A stretch of 29,094 bases of DNA from a virus (taxonomy: Duplodnaviria > Caudoviricetes), in IMG/VR virus record IMGVR_UViG_3300010235_000002, positions 1 to 29,094 of that record, one strand, 5' to 3'. The position numbers and the translations under genes were made by a program. The notes below the pieces were generated by a model, which did no database searches, was not told where the DNA came from, and was given only the letters and a program-made list of their open reading frames with translations. Positions 8,830-18,112 of this stretch are shown here, piece by piece (the stretch's first letter is position 1; every line of letters begins with the position of its first letter).

Positions 8830-10020
8830 TTATGAAGTAGTATACGGAATTTTGAAATTAGTATTTAAAGCCCCAAATACAGTATGAATATGAATACTTG
8901 CATCAGAATCCACTGGAGCTGCAATAATTAATCTTTTTTTAGATATGGCATATTTTCCTAAATCAGTCTTCATGTCATCACTGAATGTAGCAATATATAT
9001 ATCATAAGTAACTGTGGAAACAACATCTGATTTGTATGAACGTGTAGGATATTCAGGATTTACTCTAATTAAATCTCCCTCATTACCACGTAAGAACCAT
9101 TCCCATTCTAATAATTGATTGGGTTCTCCAGAACCTTCACTTGCTGTTTTTATAACAGTTTCAACAAAAGGTACGTTACTTGTAACTTCATAATTAGTAA
9201 CAGCATAATTATAAAAACCAGCTTCAAAAGGTTTATCCAAAGATTCAATGTATAATTTCAAATTATTTACATCCTTATCATGTTTAAAAGATGTAAATGT
9301 AACGTTATTATTTACATCAAATACTCTATCTACTTCTATATATGATGCGGTAGAACTCACAACTTTAAATATTACATCTACGCCTTGACAAGTTACAGCA
9401 ATATAATCCTGTAAATTAGCTACTTCCCCAGTTATAGCTGCATATTTACTATTAGCTACAAATGTTATTGGACTATTAACAGTAACTACTGTTGGAGCTT
9501 CATCTTCATCTATACCACAACAAGTTCCTTGTATACCATAACGCATTTTATACCATTGATCTCCTCTATCTTTAAATAAAGAATTAATTTGTAAGTTATG
9601 TACAGCATCTTTTAAGAAATCATACATTACGGTTGATTCAGTTATATCATCCATAGTAGCAAATATAACTTTATCTTGACTTACCCTGTCTATAAAATGT
9701 AATCTTATAAAAGGTGCATCAGTAGGTTCTAAAGTAAATGCTAAGCTACTAACTTTATTAGAATGAGCTCTATAAGCTTTCTTGGACAATGAAGATATAG
9801 CATTAGTATACAAAGTATCTGATAATTTTACAGTACTAGTACTATCACGATATCCAAATTTTAGAGCTGATCCAGTATAAGCACTTAATACTTTACCACT
9901 GGTAGATATAGCAGCTATTTCACCAATTGCAAGATCTGTAAGATATTTACCTGTTCTGTTAGCAGTATTCGATACAGAACTTGCGATTAATAATTGTTCA
10001 ACATTATTTTGTAATCTCAT
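8830..10020 (-). CDS. Auxiliary capsid (decoration) protein of crAss-like phages
   Basis: Position after the two ring-protein genes; N-terminal NNVEQLLIA and C-terminal GSGxxNQLLEWEWFLRGNEGDxxR motifs; flanked by a terminator. Confidence 0.6.
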   Translation of the reverse strand: MRLQNNVEQLLIASSVSNTANRTGKYLTDLAIGEIAAISTSGKVLSAYTGSALKFGYRDSTSTVKLSDTLYTNAISSLSKKAYRAHSNKVSSLAFTLEPTDAPFIRLHFIDRVSQDKVIFATMDDITESTVMYDFLKDAVHNLQINSLFKDRGDQWYKMRYGIQGTCCGIDEDEAPTVVTVNSPITFVANSKYAAITGEVANLQDYIAVTCQGVDVIFKVVSSTASYIEVDRVFDVNNNVTFTSFKHDKDVNNLKLYIESLDKPFEAGFYNYAVTNYEVTSNVPFVETVIKTASEGSGEPNQLLEWEWFLRGNEGDLIRVNPEYPTRSYKSDVVSTVTYDIYIATFSDDMKTDLGKYAISKKRLIIAAPVDSDASIHIHTVFGALNTNFKIPYTTS

Positions 10021-10082
10021 TTTTAAATGTATTTTAAAATAAATAAATATTTAACCTTTGCGGTATCAAATTTTTATGTTTT

Positions 10083-10910
10083 TTATTCTTCAGTTTGTTT
10101 TTCATTTTTCACTTGTTCTTCTTGCTGAACTTGTTTTTCTTTTGGTTGTTCTTCTGATTGTTCTTCAGCATTTCTTCTACCAAAAGCAAATTCTAAAGCC
10201 AAGTTTATAATTATACCAGAATATTCCGCTGGTATATTTATCACAGAATTATTTAATAAATCAATTTTTTCTATCTCATTTAAATAAATACATTTATACT
10301 TTAATATAAATGTATCTTTAGGAAATATTATTTCATGTCTACTACCATTATCTATTCTCCAAGCTAATCCATCATCATTCCATAAATAAGGTTTTTTAAA
10401 TGGATTATTTTTATTTATGTTATATTCATCATAAGTTATTGGTTTTACTTTAGCTACAACTTGTTCTACTTCTGGAGGTTGTTCATTATCTATTACTACA
10501 ATATTCTTATAATTTGGATCTTCACTCGGTTCAGGTGGTAAAAATCCATCTTCGTATCCTGGAGCTTCAGGAGCATGTATATCATGTATTTCCTTATTAG
10601 GAGATTGTTTAGTTAATATGCAAGATTCTTGTAATACTTTTATACAACCTACTGGTATATTTATATATACTGAGTTATCTCCTAAAGGTACTATAGGACT
10701 TGCAAATATGTTTGTTTCATAACTTCTAATATAATAAGAAAAGAATTTTCTACCTTCCTCATCTCTATCAAGTTTTGGATACATCCTTAACCATAATAAA
10801 TGAACAGCTTCATTTAACCAAGTTTCTATCTGAGATGAAATTGGTATTCTTGAAGTTTCTAAGTTTAACTTAGATATTAGAATATGATATAAATCAAGAC
10901 TTTGTATCAT
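10083..10910 (-). CDS. Tail ring/adaptor protein (crAss conserved gene 73-like)
   Basis: IETWLNEA and NKNNPFKKP motifs; conserved position downstream of MCP. Confidence 0.65.
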   Translation of the reverse strand: MIQSLDLYHILISKLNLETSRIPISSQIETWLNEAVHLLWLRMYPKLDRDEEGRKFFSYYIRSYETNIFASPIVPLGDNSVYINIPVGCIKVLQESCILTKQSPNKEIHDIHAPEAPGYEDGFLPPEPSEDPNYKNIVVIDNEQPPEVEQVVAKVKPITYDEYNINKNNPFKKPYLWNDDGLAWRIDNGSRHEIIFPKDTFILKYKCIYLNEIEKIDLLNNSVINIPAEYSGIIINLALEFAFGRRNAEEQSEEQPKEKQVQQEEQVKNEKQTEE

Positions 10911-11526
10911 CTGTTGTTACTGGTTGTATTCGTATATTATCTGATGCAGCTTTAGCTAAATTTGCTGCATAACTTATTACAGAATCAATTAATACATCAC
11001 TTATTATTAATGTATCATCTTGTATCTCAGGTATATAAACTAAATCTGGAATAGCTCTTACAGCTTTTATATAAACATTAAGAATACTTGTAAATGAATC
11101 CCCTACAAAATATAACTTGTTACCTATATAAGAATATAATATATTATTAAAAATAGATATTTCAGATTTATCACCAATTTTAAATAAAACCTCAAAATTA
11201 ACAGGATAAGCTTCTACTTTAGTAAGTTCTACTTTAGGATAATTCGTTCTAGATACATCAGTATATACACTAATAATATGTCTAATTGGAGTACTTAAAT
11301 TAACCTCAACTACATTAGTATTATCTAATACATTGATAGTTTCTGTATTAAGATCTATTACTGGACATAAATTATAAGCTTTATTTCTAAATGCAGTATC
11401 TACTATTGATCTTGAAGCATCTGAAATAAATGTTAATATTTCTTCATCTTCATATCCTTTAGCAGATAATGAATATATCCTATCATAATATACCAAGAAC
11501 TTTTCTATAGCTTCACTTGCTTTCAT
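10894..11526 (-). CDS. Tail ring/adaptor protein (crAss conserved gene 74-like)
   Basis: FLVYYDRIYSLSAKGYEDEEILTFIS N-terminal motif; synteny. Confidence 0.65.
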   Translation of the reverse strand: MKASEAIEKFLVYYDRIYSLSAKGYEDEEILTFISDASRSIVDTAFRNKAYNLCPVIDLNTETINVLDNTNVVEVNLSTPIRHIISVYTDVSRTNYPKVELTKVEAYPVNFEVLFKIGDKSEISIFNNILYSYIGNKLYFVGDSFTSILNVYIKAVRAIPDLVYIPEIQDDTLIISDVLIDSVISYAANLAKAASDNIRIQPVTTDDTKS

Positions 11527-12388
11527 CAGAACTTAAAAGTTTTAATTTTATATCTTGATTTTTAGGATTTTTAAGGAAATCAAGTAATAAATTCATACTC
11601 ATAGTTTCTTCAACACCATCTATAAGATATGACGCACCTTTACGTTTTATCTTTCCTTTTATTAAACATTGATATACAAAAACTTTTTCTTCAAAACGTG
11701 GATCAGTGAATATATCATAAAATGTATCTGTTTCTTTATCAATAGCTTCTGTAAGTTCTAATAATGCATCTACATCATTTATAGTATTCATGTTTTTAGT
11801 TTTACCAGCTTTTAGATAATACATAGATAAAAGTCCTTTTAGTTTTGAAGGAGAATCTTTTATATCTATAAACTTCTTCATTACTAATAACTGTTTTGTT
11901 ATTTTATCTATCTTAGATTGTTCTTCATATTCTTTATCTCGTATAGCGAATTTATAAGTTCCCTTATTAAACCTTTCTTCCCAACTAGGAGCTATTAAAT
12001 CAGAATAACATAATATAAATTTATATTTTAAATAATCTAAAGGATTAGATAAATCCAATATTACAGGTTCACGTGTTAAATCTACTATAAATGTGTTCCA
12101 ATAACAGTTTTTATCAAATATAGATAATGTACCTTCTTCTATACGTAGATCAGAATTATAAAAGAATTCTTTTTCTTCTGGTGTTAGAGGATCTATAATA
12201 TGTCCAAGTTTTGTATCATAAGGTGTACCATGCAATCGTATTTTAGAACCTTCAAATAAGAAAGCTCCTACATGATTAGGATGTATATCTTGTAAAAAGC
12301 TTGATCCTTCTCTTAGCACGGGATATACAACAATCTTCTTGTTTTTTAAAGGGGATTCCACAATATTTTCTTCGGTTTTTGTTTTCAT
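11513..12388 (-). CDS. Conserved crAss-like protein downstream of MCP (gene 75-like)
   Basis: LDLSNPLDYLKYK and FLKNPKNQDI motifs; synteny. Confidence 0.65.
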   Translation of the reverse strand: MKTKTEENIVESPLKNKKIVVYPVLREGSSFLQDIHPNHVGAFLFEGSKIRLHGTPYDTKLGHIIDPLTPEEKEFFYNSDLRIEEGTLSIFDKNCYWNTFIVDLTREPVILDLSNPLDYLKYKFILCYSDLIAPSWEERFNKGTYKFAIRDKEYEEQSKIDKITKQLLVMKKFIDIKDSPSKLKGLLSMYYLKAGKTKNMNTINDVDALLELTEAIDKETDTFYDIFTDPRFEEKVFVYQCLIKGKIKRKGASYLIDGVEETMSMNLLLDFLKNPKNQDIKLKLLSSDESK

Positions 12389-12400
12389 ATTATTATATTA

Positions 12401-13888
12401 TTAAATTGCACATTTATAAACTAAACATTTAGTGGGATCAGTTACCTTAACTCCACCCATGAAAAATCTATGATGTACGTATCCATCAATAGGATTAGAC
12501 ATTACATTGTTTTGTATCATAGAATAATCTGCTACAAAAGGATTACGTAATCCTGGTTCATAACCTTTGATATCTTCCATACCTCTTTGATAAACCATAC
12601 TAATATTACTTTCACCATTTGTAGTACCAATATCTAATATATCATAAGTATAAGATTCAGCAGTTCCACCATCAGGATGAGGAATTTTATTTATAATAGG
12701 ATCATCTTTTATTGGATCTAGCATAAAATCAAATACTACTCCATTAGGACCTCTAAAACTCTTAAACTGACCTTTAAACTCAGCATCACCACTACTAGAC
12801 ATAGATATAAACTGATTAACACTTCTAATAGGTTCAAAGAATTGTTCACCATATTTTGCAATTTGTTCACTGGCTTGTATTAAACCACGTTCACCAGTAC
12901 GTACAAGAAACTGACGTTTATCAAAAGGTAATCTATTAGTAGCTAAGTCTAATACAACATTCAAAAATCCTTTTATCGTAAAATTTCTAACAGGATAAAA
13001 TGCTGTACTTGAAGTCTCAATCTGTTGTCTTAAACCTGCACCTTGAGAATATTCATAACCAGATTTTCCTTTATTTTTAAATGTACCATCAGGAGCTCTA
13101 TTTATACGAGAATAATATAACATATAATTCTTTTCTTGTATATATTGACGGTCAAACTCCCAATCTCTATACTGTTGCCATAAATTAGTTTTTATAATAG
13201 AATTAGTTCTTGGATCACGTACTTGAATAGTAAATCCCATAGGACGACTAATCATATTTCCAGGAACAGTATCTTCCATACGTAATCTTGTAAATAAATT
13301 CTTCATCTTAAATGGAGTGCTATATCTTACTTTACCACCCTTTTTAGATAAAGTACTTTCTACACCAGAATAAAGTTTACTAAACTTTGTACCAGGTAAA
13401 AGTTCTTCATAAGGAATAAACAATAAAGCATCACCTGTTACTAATTCACAATCATATACCCAATAAGATCCTTCAGGTCTTGCATCATCAAGTATTCTTA
13501 TTTGATATTCATGTTTATGACCTTCTATAATATTTACATCGAAAAAATAAGCTTCTGGAAATACTAGTTGAAATCTACTATAATTAAATCCAGTTTTATC
13601 AGTAGGTACGATAGCTGTATTATCTATACGAGCTTCTATTAAAGGAACATTTTTTTCTTCTGAGTTCATCAGATCCCAGATAAAATCATCATCAGAATCA
13701 AGATAGATTGGAGTAGAAATACTTTTTAAGTAAGCTCCAAAATCTATCAAGTTATAGTTACTAGCAAATACCATAGATGTTAAGGTAGATGCTTTTTGCG
13801 TTAAGTTACCAAAAGCCGCAGATAAGTGATTCTTAGTTGTTAAACCTCCCCATTCTTTCGGTTGGTATTCTTGAAGTAATAGTTTCAT
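12401..13888 (-). CDS. Major capsid protein (crAss-type HK97 fold)
   Basis: 495 aa; WGGLTTKNHL N-terminus, GAGLRQQI and FLVRTGERG motifs; position after portal and scaffold genes. Confidence 0.85.
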   Translation of the reverse strand: MKLLLQEYQPKEWGGLTTKNHLSAAFGNLTQKASTLTSMVFASNYNLIDFGAYLKSISTPIYLDSDDDFIWDLMNSEEKNVPLIEARIDNTAIVPTDKTGFNYSRFQLVFPEAYFFDVNIIEGHKHEYQIRILDDARPEGSYWVYDCELVTGDALLFIPYEELLPGTKFSKLYSGVESTLSKKGGKVRYSTPFKMKNLFTRLRMEDTVPGNMISRPMGFTIQVRDPRTNSIIKTNLWQQYRDWEFDRQYIQEKNYMLYYSRINRAPDGTFKNKGKSGYEYSQGAGLRQQIETSSTAFYPVRNFTIKGFLNVVLDLATNRLPFDKRQFLVRTGERGLIQASEQIAKYGEQFFEPIRSVNQFISMSSSGDAEFKGQFKSFRGPNGVVFDFMLDPIKDDPIINKIPHPDGGTAESYTYDILDIGTTNGESNISMVYQRGMEDIKGYEPGLRNPFVADYSMIQNNVMSNPIDGYVHHRFFMGGVKVTDPTKCLVYKCAI

Positions 13889-13908
13889 TGATTTGTAATT
13901 TTTAAAAA

Positions 13909-14970
13909 TTAAAGTTTAATATAATTAAGTATCTCAGCTCCAAGCTCATCAATAGCTGGCTTAGAACCAATTCGTTTCATATCATTTATTTTTACTGCAT
14001 CTTCTATATCTTTAGAAAGTTTTTGTTTTCCTATAGATTTAAATGCACTAAAATCTTTAAATCCTTTTGTCATTATAAATGTAAGTGCAAAACCAACATC
14101 AAATCTTATAGGATCTTCCATTCTAGCTTTTATAATATCACTTACTTTTTCACCAGAAGGTAATGTATGATTTTGTTTAAAAAGAGAATCTAATGCTTTT
14201 ATTTTTAGCTCTTTAGTAATAGGTACACCATCAAAATCTTTTAATTCTTCTAAACTTTGTCTGAAAGAATTAATATATTCTTCTTCTTGTTTTTTTAATA
14301 ATTCTTTCTCTTGTTTTTGTTTTTCTATAAGTTGTTGTTCATAATCTTCGTAATATTTTATTAGTTTTGGTAAAGCTTTTTTAGTTTTATCTTCTAATTT
14401 TTTCAAAGTTTTTAATTCTTCTAACTCATCATTTATTTCTTCATTATCAAATCCTTTTAATTTTAAAAATTCTTTATATAAAGTTTCTGATAAATCTTCA
14501 GTTAGATCTTCTTCGTTTATAGATTTAAGATATTCAATAGTTTTTCTATGTTCAACTATTTCATCAATATTAGAAACATTCTGTTTTAAATCTATTAAAT
14601 CCTTAAAAGATTCTGGTATACTTTCTTTTACTTTTCTTTGTACTTCATCATCTATAATGGCTATTAAATCTTTAGCAGATTCTATTTTTCTGTTTTTGTC
14701 AATTTCAGAGATAACTCCTTCCTCTAATAAAGTTTGTGCCATAACCCCAAAAACCGAAGAATCTTTCTTAGAACCAGAAGGAGTTTCTCTGGATGGTTCA
14801 AAATCCATTTCAAATATATCATCATCGGTTTCTTTCTTTGAAACATTCTTTTTTTCTGGAGATTCAGCCTCTTGTGTATTATTTTGTTCTTCATTTTTTG
14901 TTTTTATATCTTCATTAAGATCTTCTAACACAAAATCTTCAACTCCACTAAAATCTAATTCTTCATTCAT
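13909..14970 (-). CDS. Capsid scaffolding protein (putative)
   Basis: Acidic, coiled-coil-rich 353-aa protein immediately upstream of MCP. Confidence 0.65.
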   Translation of the reverse strand: MNEELDFSGVEDFVLEDLNEDIKTKNEEQNNTQEAESPEKKNVSKKETDDDIFEMDFEPSRETPSGSKKDSSVFGVMAQTLLEEGVISEIDKNRKIESAKDLIAIIDDEVQRKVKESIPESFKDLIDLKQNVSNIDEIVEHRKTIEYLKSINEEDLTEDLSETLYKEFLKLKGFDNEEINDELEELKTLKKLEDKTKKALPKLIKYYEDYEQQLIEKQKQEKELLKKQEEEYINSFRQSLEELKDFDGVPITKELKIKALDSLFKQNHTLPSGEKVSDIIKARMEDPIRFDVGFALTFIMTKGFKDFSAFKSIGKQKLSKDIEDAVKINDMKRIGSKPAIDELGAEILNYIKL

Positions 14971-14994
14971 AAATTAAATATTTTTTACATTACG

Positions 14995-15002
14995 CAAATA
15001 TA
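14995..15002 (-). promoter_or_regulatory. -7 promoter box TATATTTG for scaffold/MCP genes
   Basis: caaatata on + strand, intergenic, about 25 bp upstream of ATG 14970. Confidence 0.6.
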
Positions 15003-15062
15003 ATAATAAATTTCAATAAAATTATAAAAATATATCACAAATTTGTATTCGTATATAATAAA

Positions 15063-15800
15063 TTATGTAATATTTATATTTTTGATTATCATATATTCTG
15101 GAATTTCATCTTCTTTAAACGGAATATAACAATTATCATCATCAAGCTCAGCTTGTATATTGCATATTAAGAATAATTTTTTATCAGGATATAGATTTTT
15201 AGTTTTAAAATAAGGATATCTATCTAAATACCATGTAATATATTTTTTAGTTATTAATACTCCAAAACGATGGTAATTTAAAGATAAATCTGTATTATGT
15301 TTAAAACCACTACGTTTACTACAATGTTTTTCATTTTTAAAATAATGATAAGTAAATGTAAAATATCTTGAGTCTTTACCCATTAATTCTACAATATCTA
15401 TTTCTGGTAACCAAGTGTCTATGTTATACATCCATATAGCTGGAAAATATTTAAATCCACGTGGTGGCATTTTAGCTTCTACTTCTATGTATCCTTTATT
15501 AATATTAATACATTTATGAGATGATATCAATCCTCCTGTATTTATTATATCATTTTCTTTATCTGCTTTTAAAAATATCTCATCATCTTTAATTTCTATA
15601 TTTTGTTTTCTCCATATTAAATTACATTTTCTTGTATCAGATTCTCCACTCCAAGGTTCTCTATAATCAAAACCATATTCCCATAAATTCTTACCATTTA
15701 TACTTATATATGGTTCATTTTTTAGATGAAGCTTTGGTTTAAATATTTTGTAAAATATTATATTTAGTACCTCAAATAAAGATAAATTATTTATTGTCAT
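15063..15800 (-). CDS. Glycoside hydrolase family 16
   Basis: GYIEVEAKMP...FPAIWMY...PEIDIVE (catalytic ExDxxE) and YHRFGVLITKKYITWYLD. Confidence 0.9.
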   Translation of the reverse strand: MTINNLSLFEVLNIIFYKIFKPKLHLKNEPYISINGKNLWEYGFDYREPWSGESDTRKCNLIWRKQNIEIKDDEIFLKADKENDIINTGGLISSHKCININKGYIEVEAKMPPRGFKYFPAIWMYNIDTWLPEIDIVELMGKDSRYFTFTYHYFKNEKHCSKRSGFKHNTDLSLNYHRFGVLITKKYITWYLDRYPYFKTKNLYPDKKLFLICNIQAELDDDNCYIPFKEDEIPEYMIIKNINIT

Positions 15801-18112
15801 TTGTTATTTTTAGTATTTTTGTTATTTTCGTTATTTTTCATCAATTTTAATTTATCTTTTTCTAATTCTAAATTCAACATATCCACTTCTTTTCGAAGAT
15901 TTTCAACATATTCTTTTAATTTAGCATTACGTTCGTTAATAGAAATATCTGTATCATTTTGCATTTGTTCTTTTAAAATATTCATTTGATAATCAAGTTC
16001 TATGCTTTTTTCTTTAAGAGCTAATTCTTTATCTTTTATAGCTAGCTGTTGTTCTAAAGCTTGTAATGCTTGATCCTGTTGCTGTTGTGCCATAGCAGCA
16101 GTTTGTTCTCTCATATTAATATCTTCTTCAATAGCTATATTTCTAATTTCTGCAAAAGATTTTGAGGTTAATATCTGCATCATGTTTTTAACATTCATGT
16201 TTATTTTAGAACCAAATTCTAAAGTTAATCTTTTTAACGAGTTTAAATCTTCTTTATCTTCATCTTCATCGGTAACAAATATCCCAAAATCTGATACAGA
16301 TAATTGTTCATCATTTAAATTTATTATATAATTAGCAGCTTCATCACTTATATATTGTAATATAGAAGGATCATTTCTAGCACACTGAACAGTAGTATCT
16401 AATAATACTTGTATCGTTCTTAATATAGTCTGCATATGAGTATTAAATAATGGTTCAGTAACATGTGAACTTTGAGTAACAGATCTTTCTATACCTCCAA
16501 CAGTTTCAGTATGAGTTATTTGACCTAATCTTTGGTCACTTACACCAGAAGAATAAGCTACTTGTCTTTCTATAAAATTTAAAAATAATATTATATGTTG
16601 TATATAATTTCCTATATCTGGATTATATATTTTACCAGTAGTATTAAAACTACCAGCTAATTTACCTTGTGATAAACCTTTATTACTTTCTTTAAAACTA
16701 TCTACTATAATATAACCTTCTTCATCAGCATAATCAAACCATTCATCTAGTGTAAAAGAATCAGGAACTTTGGCTAAATCTACTTCTATCATAGGAGCTT
16801 TAAACTTTTTAATGGCTTTTTTTAAATCTCTTAATAATATAGAATAAAGATATTCATAATTTTTTAATTCACTATACATAGAAGTAGCTTTTTCATTATT
16901 ATCCGTATATATTGTACCTACATATCCAGAACCATTAGTTATATAACCATTACTTTTTATCATAGGAACATCTCTAGCTTCCATTTTTACATATATATCA
17001 TCTCTTATTCTTGTTACTTCATACCATCTATTTACCCAATAATAATCTACTTTTTCTCCTATATCTTTATTTGGTTTGTAAAATTCACTTACAACTTCAA
17101 ATTTTCTTACACCATCTTCATTTATATAATATCTTTTACCAAGTTTTTCAAATCCTTTAAATACTACACGTGTAACACGTACTTCTCCATTATTATTATA
17201 ATTACCATTAAATGCTCCCCAAAAACCATTACCTACATCAAAAAGTTCATCAAATCGAAAATTAGGATAAGTTCTTTGAAAATCTCCTGCAGATTGTCCT
17301 TGTAAATTCATATTATTATCTTTTTCCAATTTATCTATTTGTGCTGGAGTAAGATATTCATAATATCTATCTATAACTTGTGATAAAGGCATATAATTAT
17401 CTTCTACAATTATACTAGCATCTTCTATACGATTACTACCTCCTAATCCAAACACTTTTATTGAAAATGGATTACATTTTCTATACACAGGCTTATTACC
17501 TATACTTTCTATACAATATATTTCTTCACCATATTTTAAAACATCTGCAAAACCAAGTGAAGCTTGTTCATATATATTTAGTTGTTTAATATAGAAATTT
17601 AATAAATGATACATCACAACTTCTAATATATCTTGTGATTCATAATTTTTAAACTTCATAAATTTAGCTACAAAATTATCTACATCTCGTTTATCTGGAA
17701 GAGATTTACTTAAATCTACAAATTCCTCCATAGCCTTATTAAACATTTTATGTATTGTGTCTTCTTTTTTAGTTATAGCAGACTCATTTATAGCACGTAC
17801 TAAGAATTTCTTTTTACGTTTTATAGATTCTCCTATTAATAAATTTATACGTGGTTTTATTATTGGAAAATGCTGTATTCTAACATCTTTTATATCTGTT
17901 TCGTAATTATTAAATTCAGCAAAATTTCTAAGATCTTCTTGGTCTATCTCACCATGATATAATTTTGCTATTATCAATTTATCGTTTAAAGACATACGTG
18001 GAGTTCCATCATAATCAAATTGACATAACTCTATAGCTGCATCCGCACAATCTTTAAAAAACTTTTTATTCTTTAAAGATGCACTAATTTTTTGTCGTGG
18101 AAATGTTGTCAT
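15797..18112 (-). CDS. Portal protein
   Basis: 771 aa; FPRQKIS, HFPIIKPRINLLIGE and GVSDQRLGQI...ETVGGIERSVTQSS motifs; follows terminase. Confidence 0.85.
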   Translation of the reverse strand: MTTFPRQKISASLKNKKFFKDCADAAIELCQFDYDGTPRMSLNDKLIIAKLYHGEIDQEDLRNFAEFNNYETDIKDVRIQHFPIIKPRINLLIGESIKRKKKFLVRAINESAITKKEDTIHKMFNKAMEEFVDLSKSLPDKRDVDNFVAKFMKFKNYESQDILEVVMYHLLNFYIKQLNIYEQASLGFADVLKYGEEIYCIESIGNKPVYRKCNPFSIKVFGLGGSNRIEDASIIVEDNYMPLSQVIDRYYEYLTPAQIDKLEKDNNMNLQGQSAGDFQRTYPNFRFDELFDVGNGFWGAFNGNYNNNGEVRVTRVVFKGFEKLGKRYYINEDGVRKFEVVSEFYKPNKDIGEKVDYYWVNRWYEVTRIRDDIYVKMEARDVPMIKSNGYITNGSGYVGTIYTDNNEKATSMYSELKNYEYLYSILLRDLKKAIKKFKAPMIEVDLAKVPDSFTLDEWFDYADEEGYIIVDSFKESNKGLSQGKLAGSFNTTGKIYNPDIGNYIQHIILFLNFIERQVAYSSGVSDQRLGQITHTETVGGIERSVTQSSHVTEPLFNTHMQTILRTIQVLLDTTVQCARNDPSILQYISDEAANYIINLNDEQLSVSDFGIFVTDEDEDKEDLNSLKRLTLEFGSKINMNVKNMMQILTSKSFAEIRNIAIEEDINMREQTAAMAQQQQDQALQALEQQLAIKDKELALKEKSIELDYQMNILKEQMQNDTDISINERNAKLKEYVENLRKEVDMLNLELEKDKLKLMKNNENNKNTKNNK

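Noticed and set aside
14657-14977. 106-aa + strand ORF
   Set aside because: Antisense shadow of the scaffold gene; S/F-rich composition mirrors E/K codons.
15801-15989. 62-aa + strand ORF
   Set aside because: Antisense shadow of the portal C-terminus.
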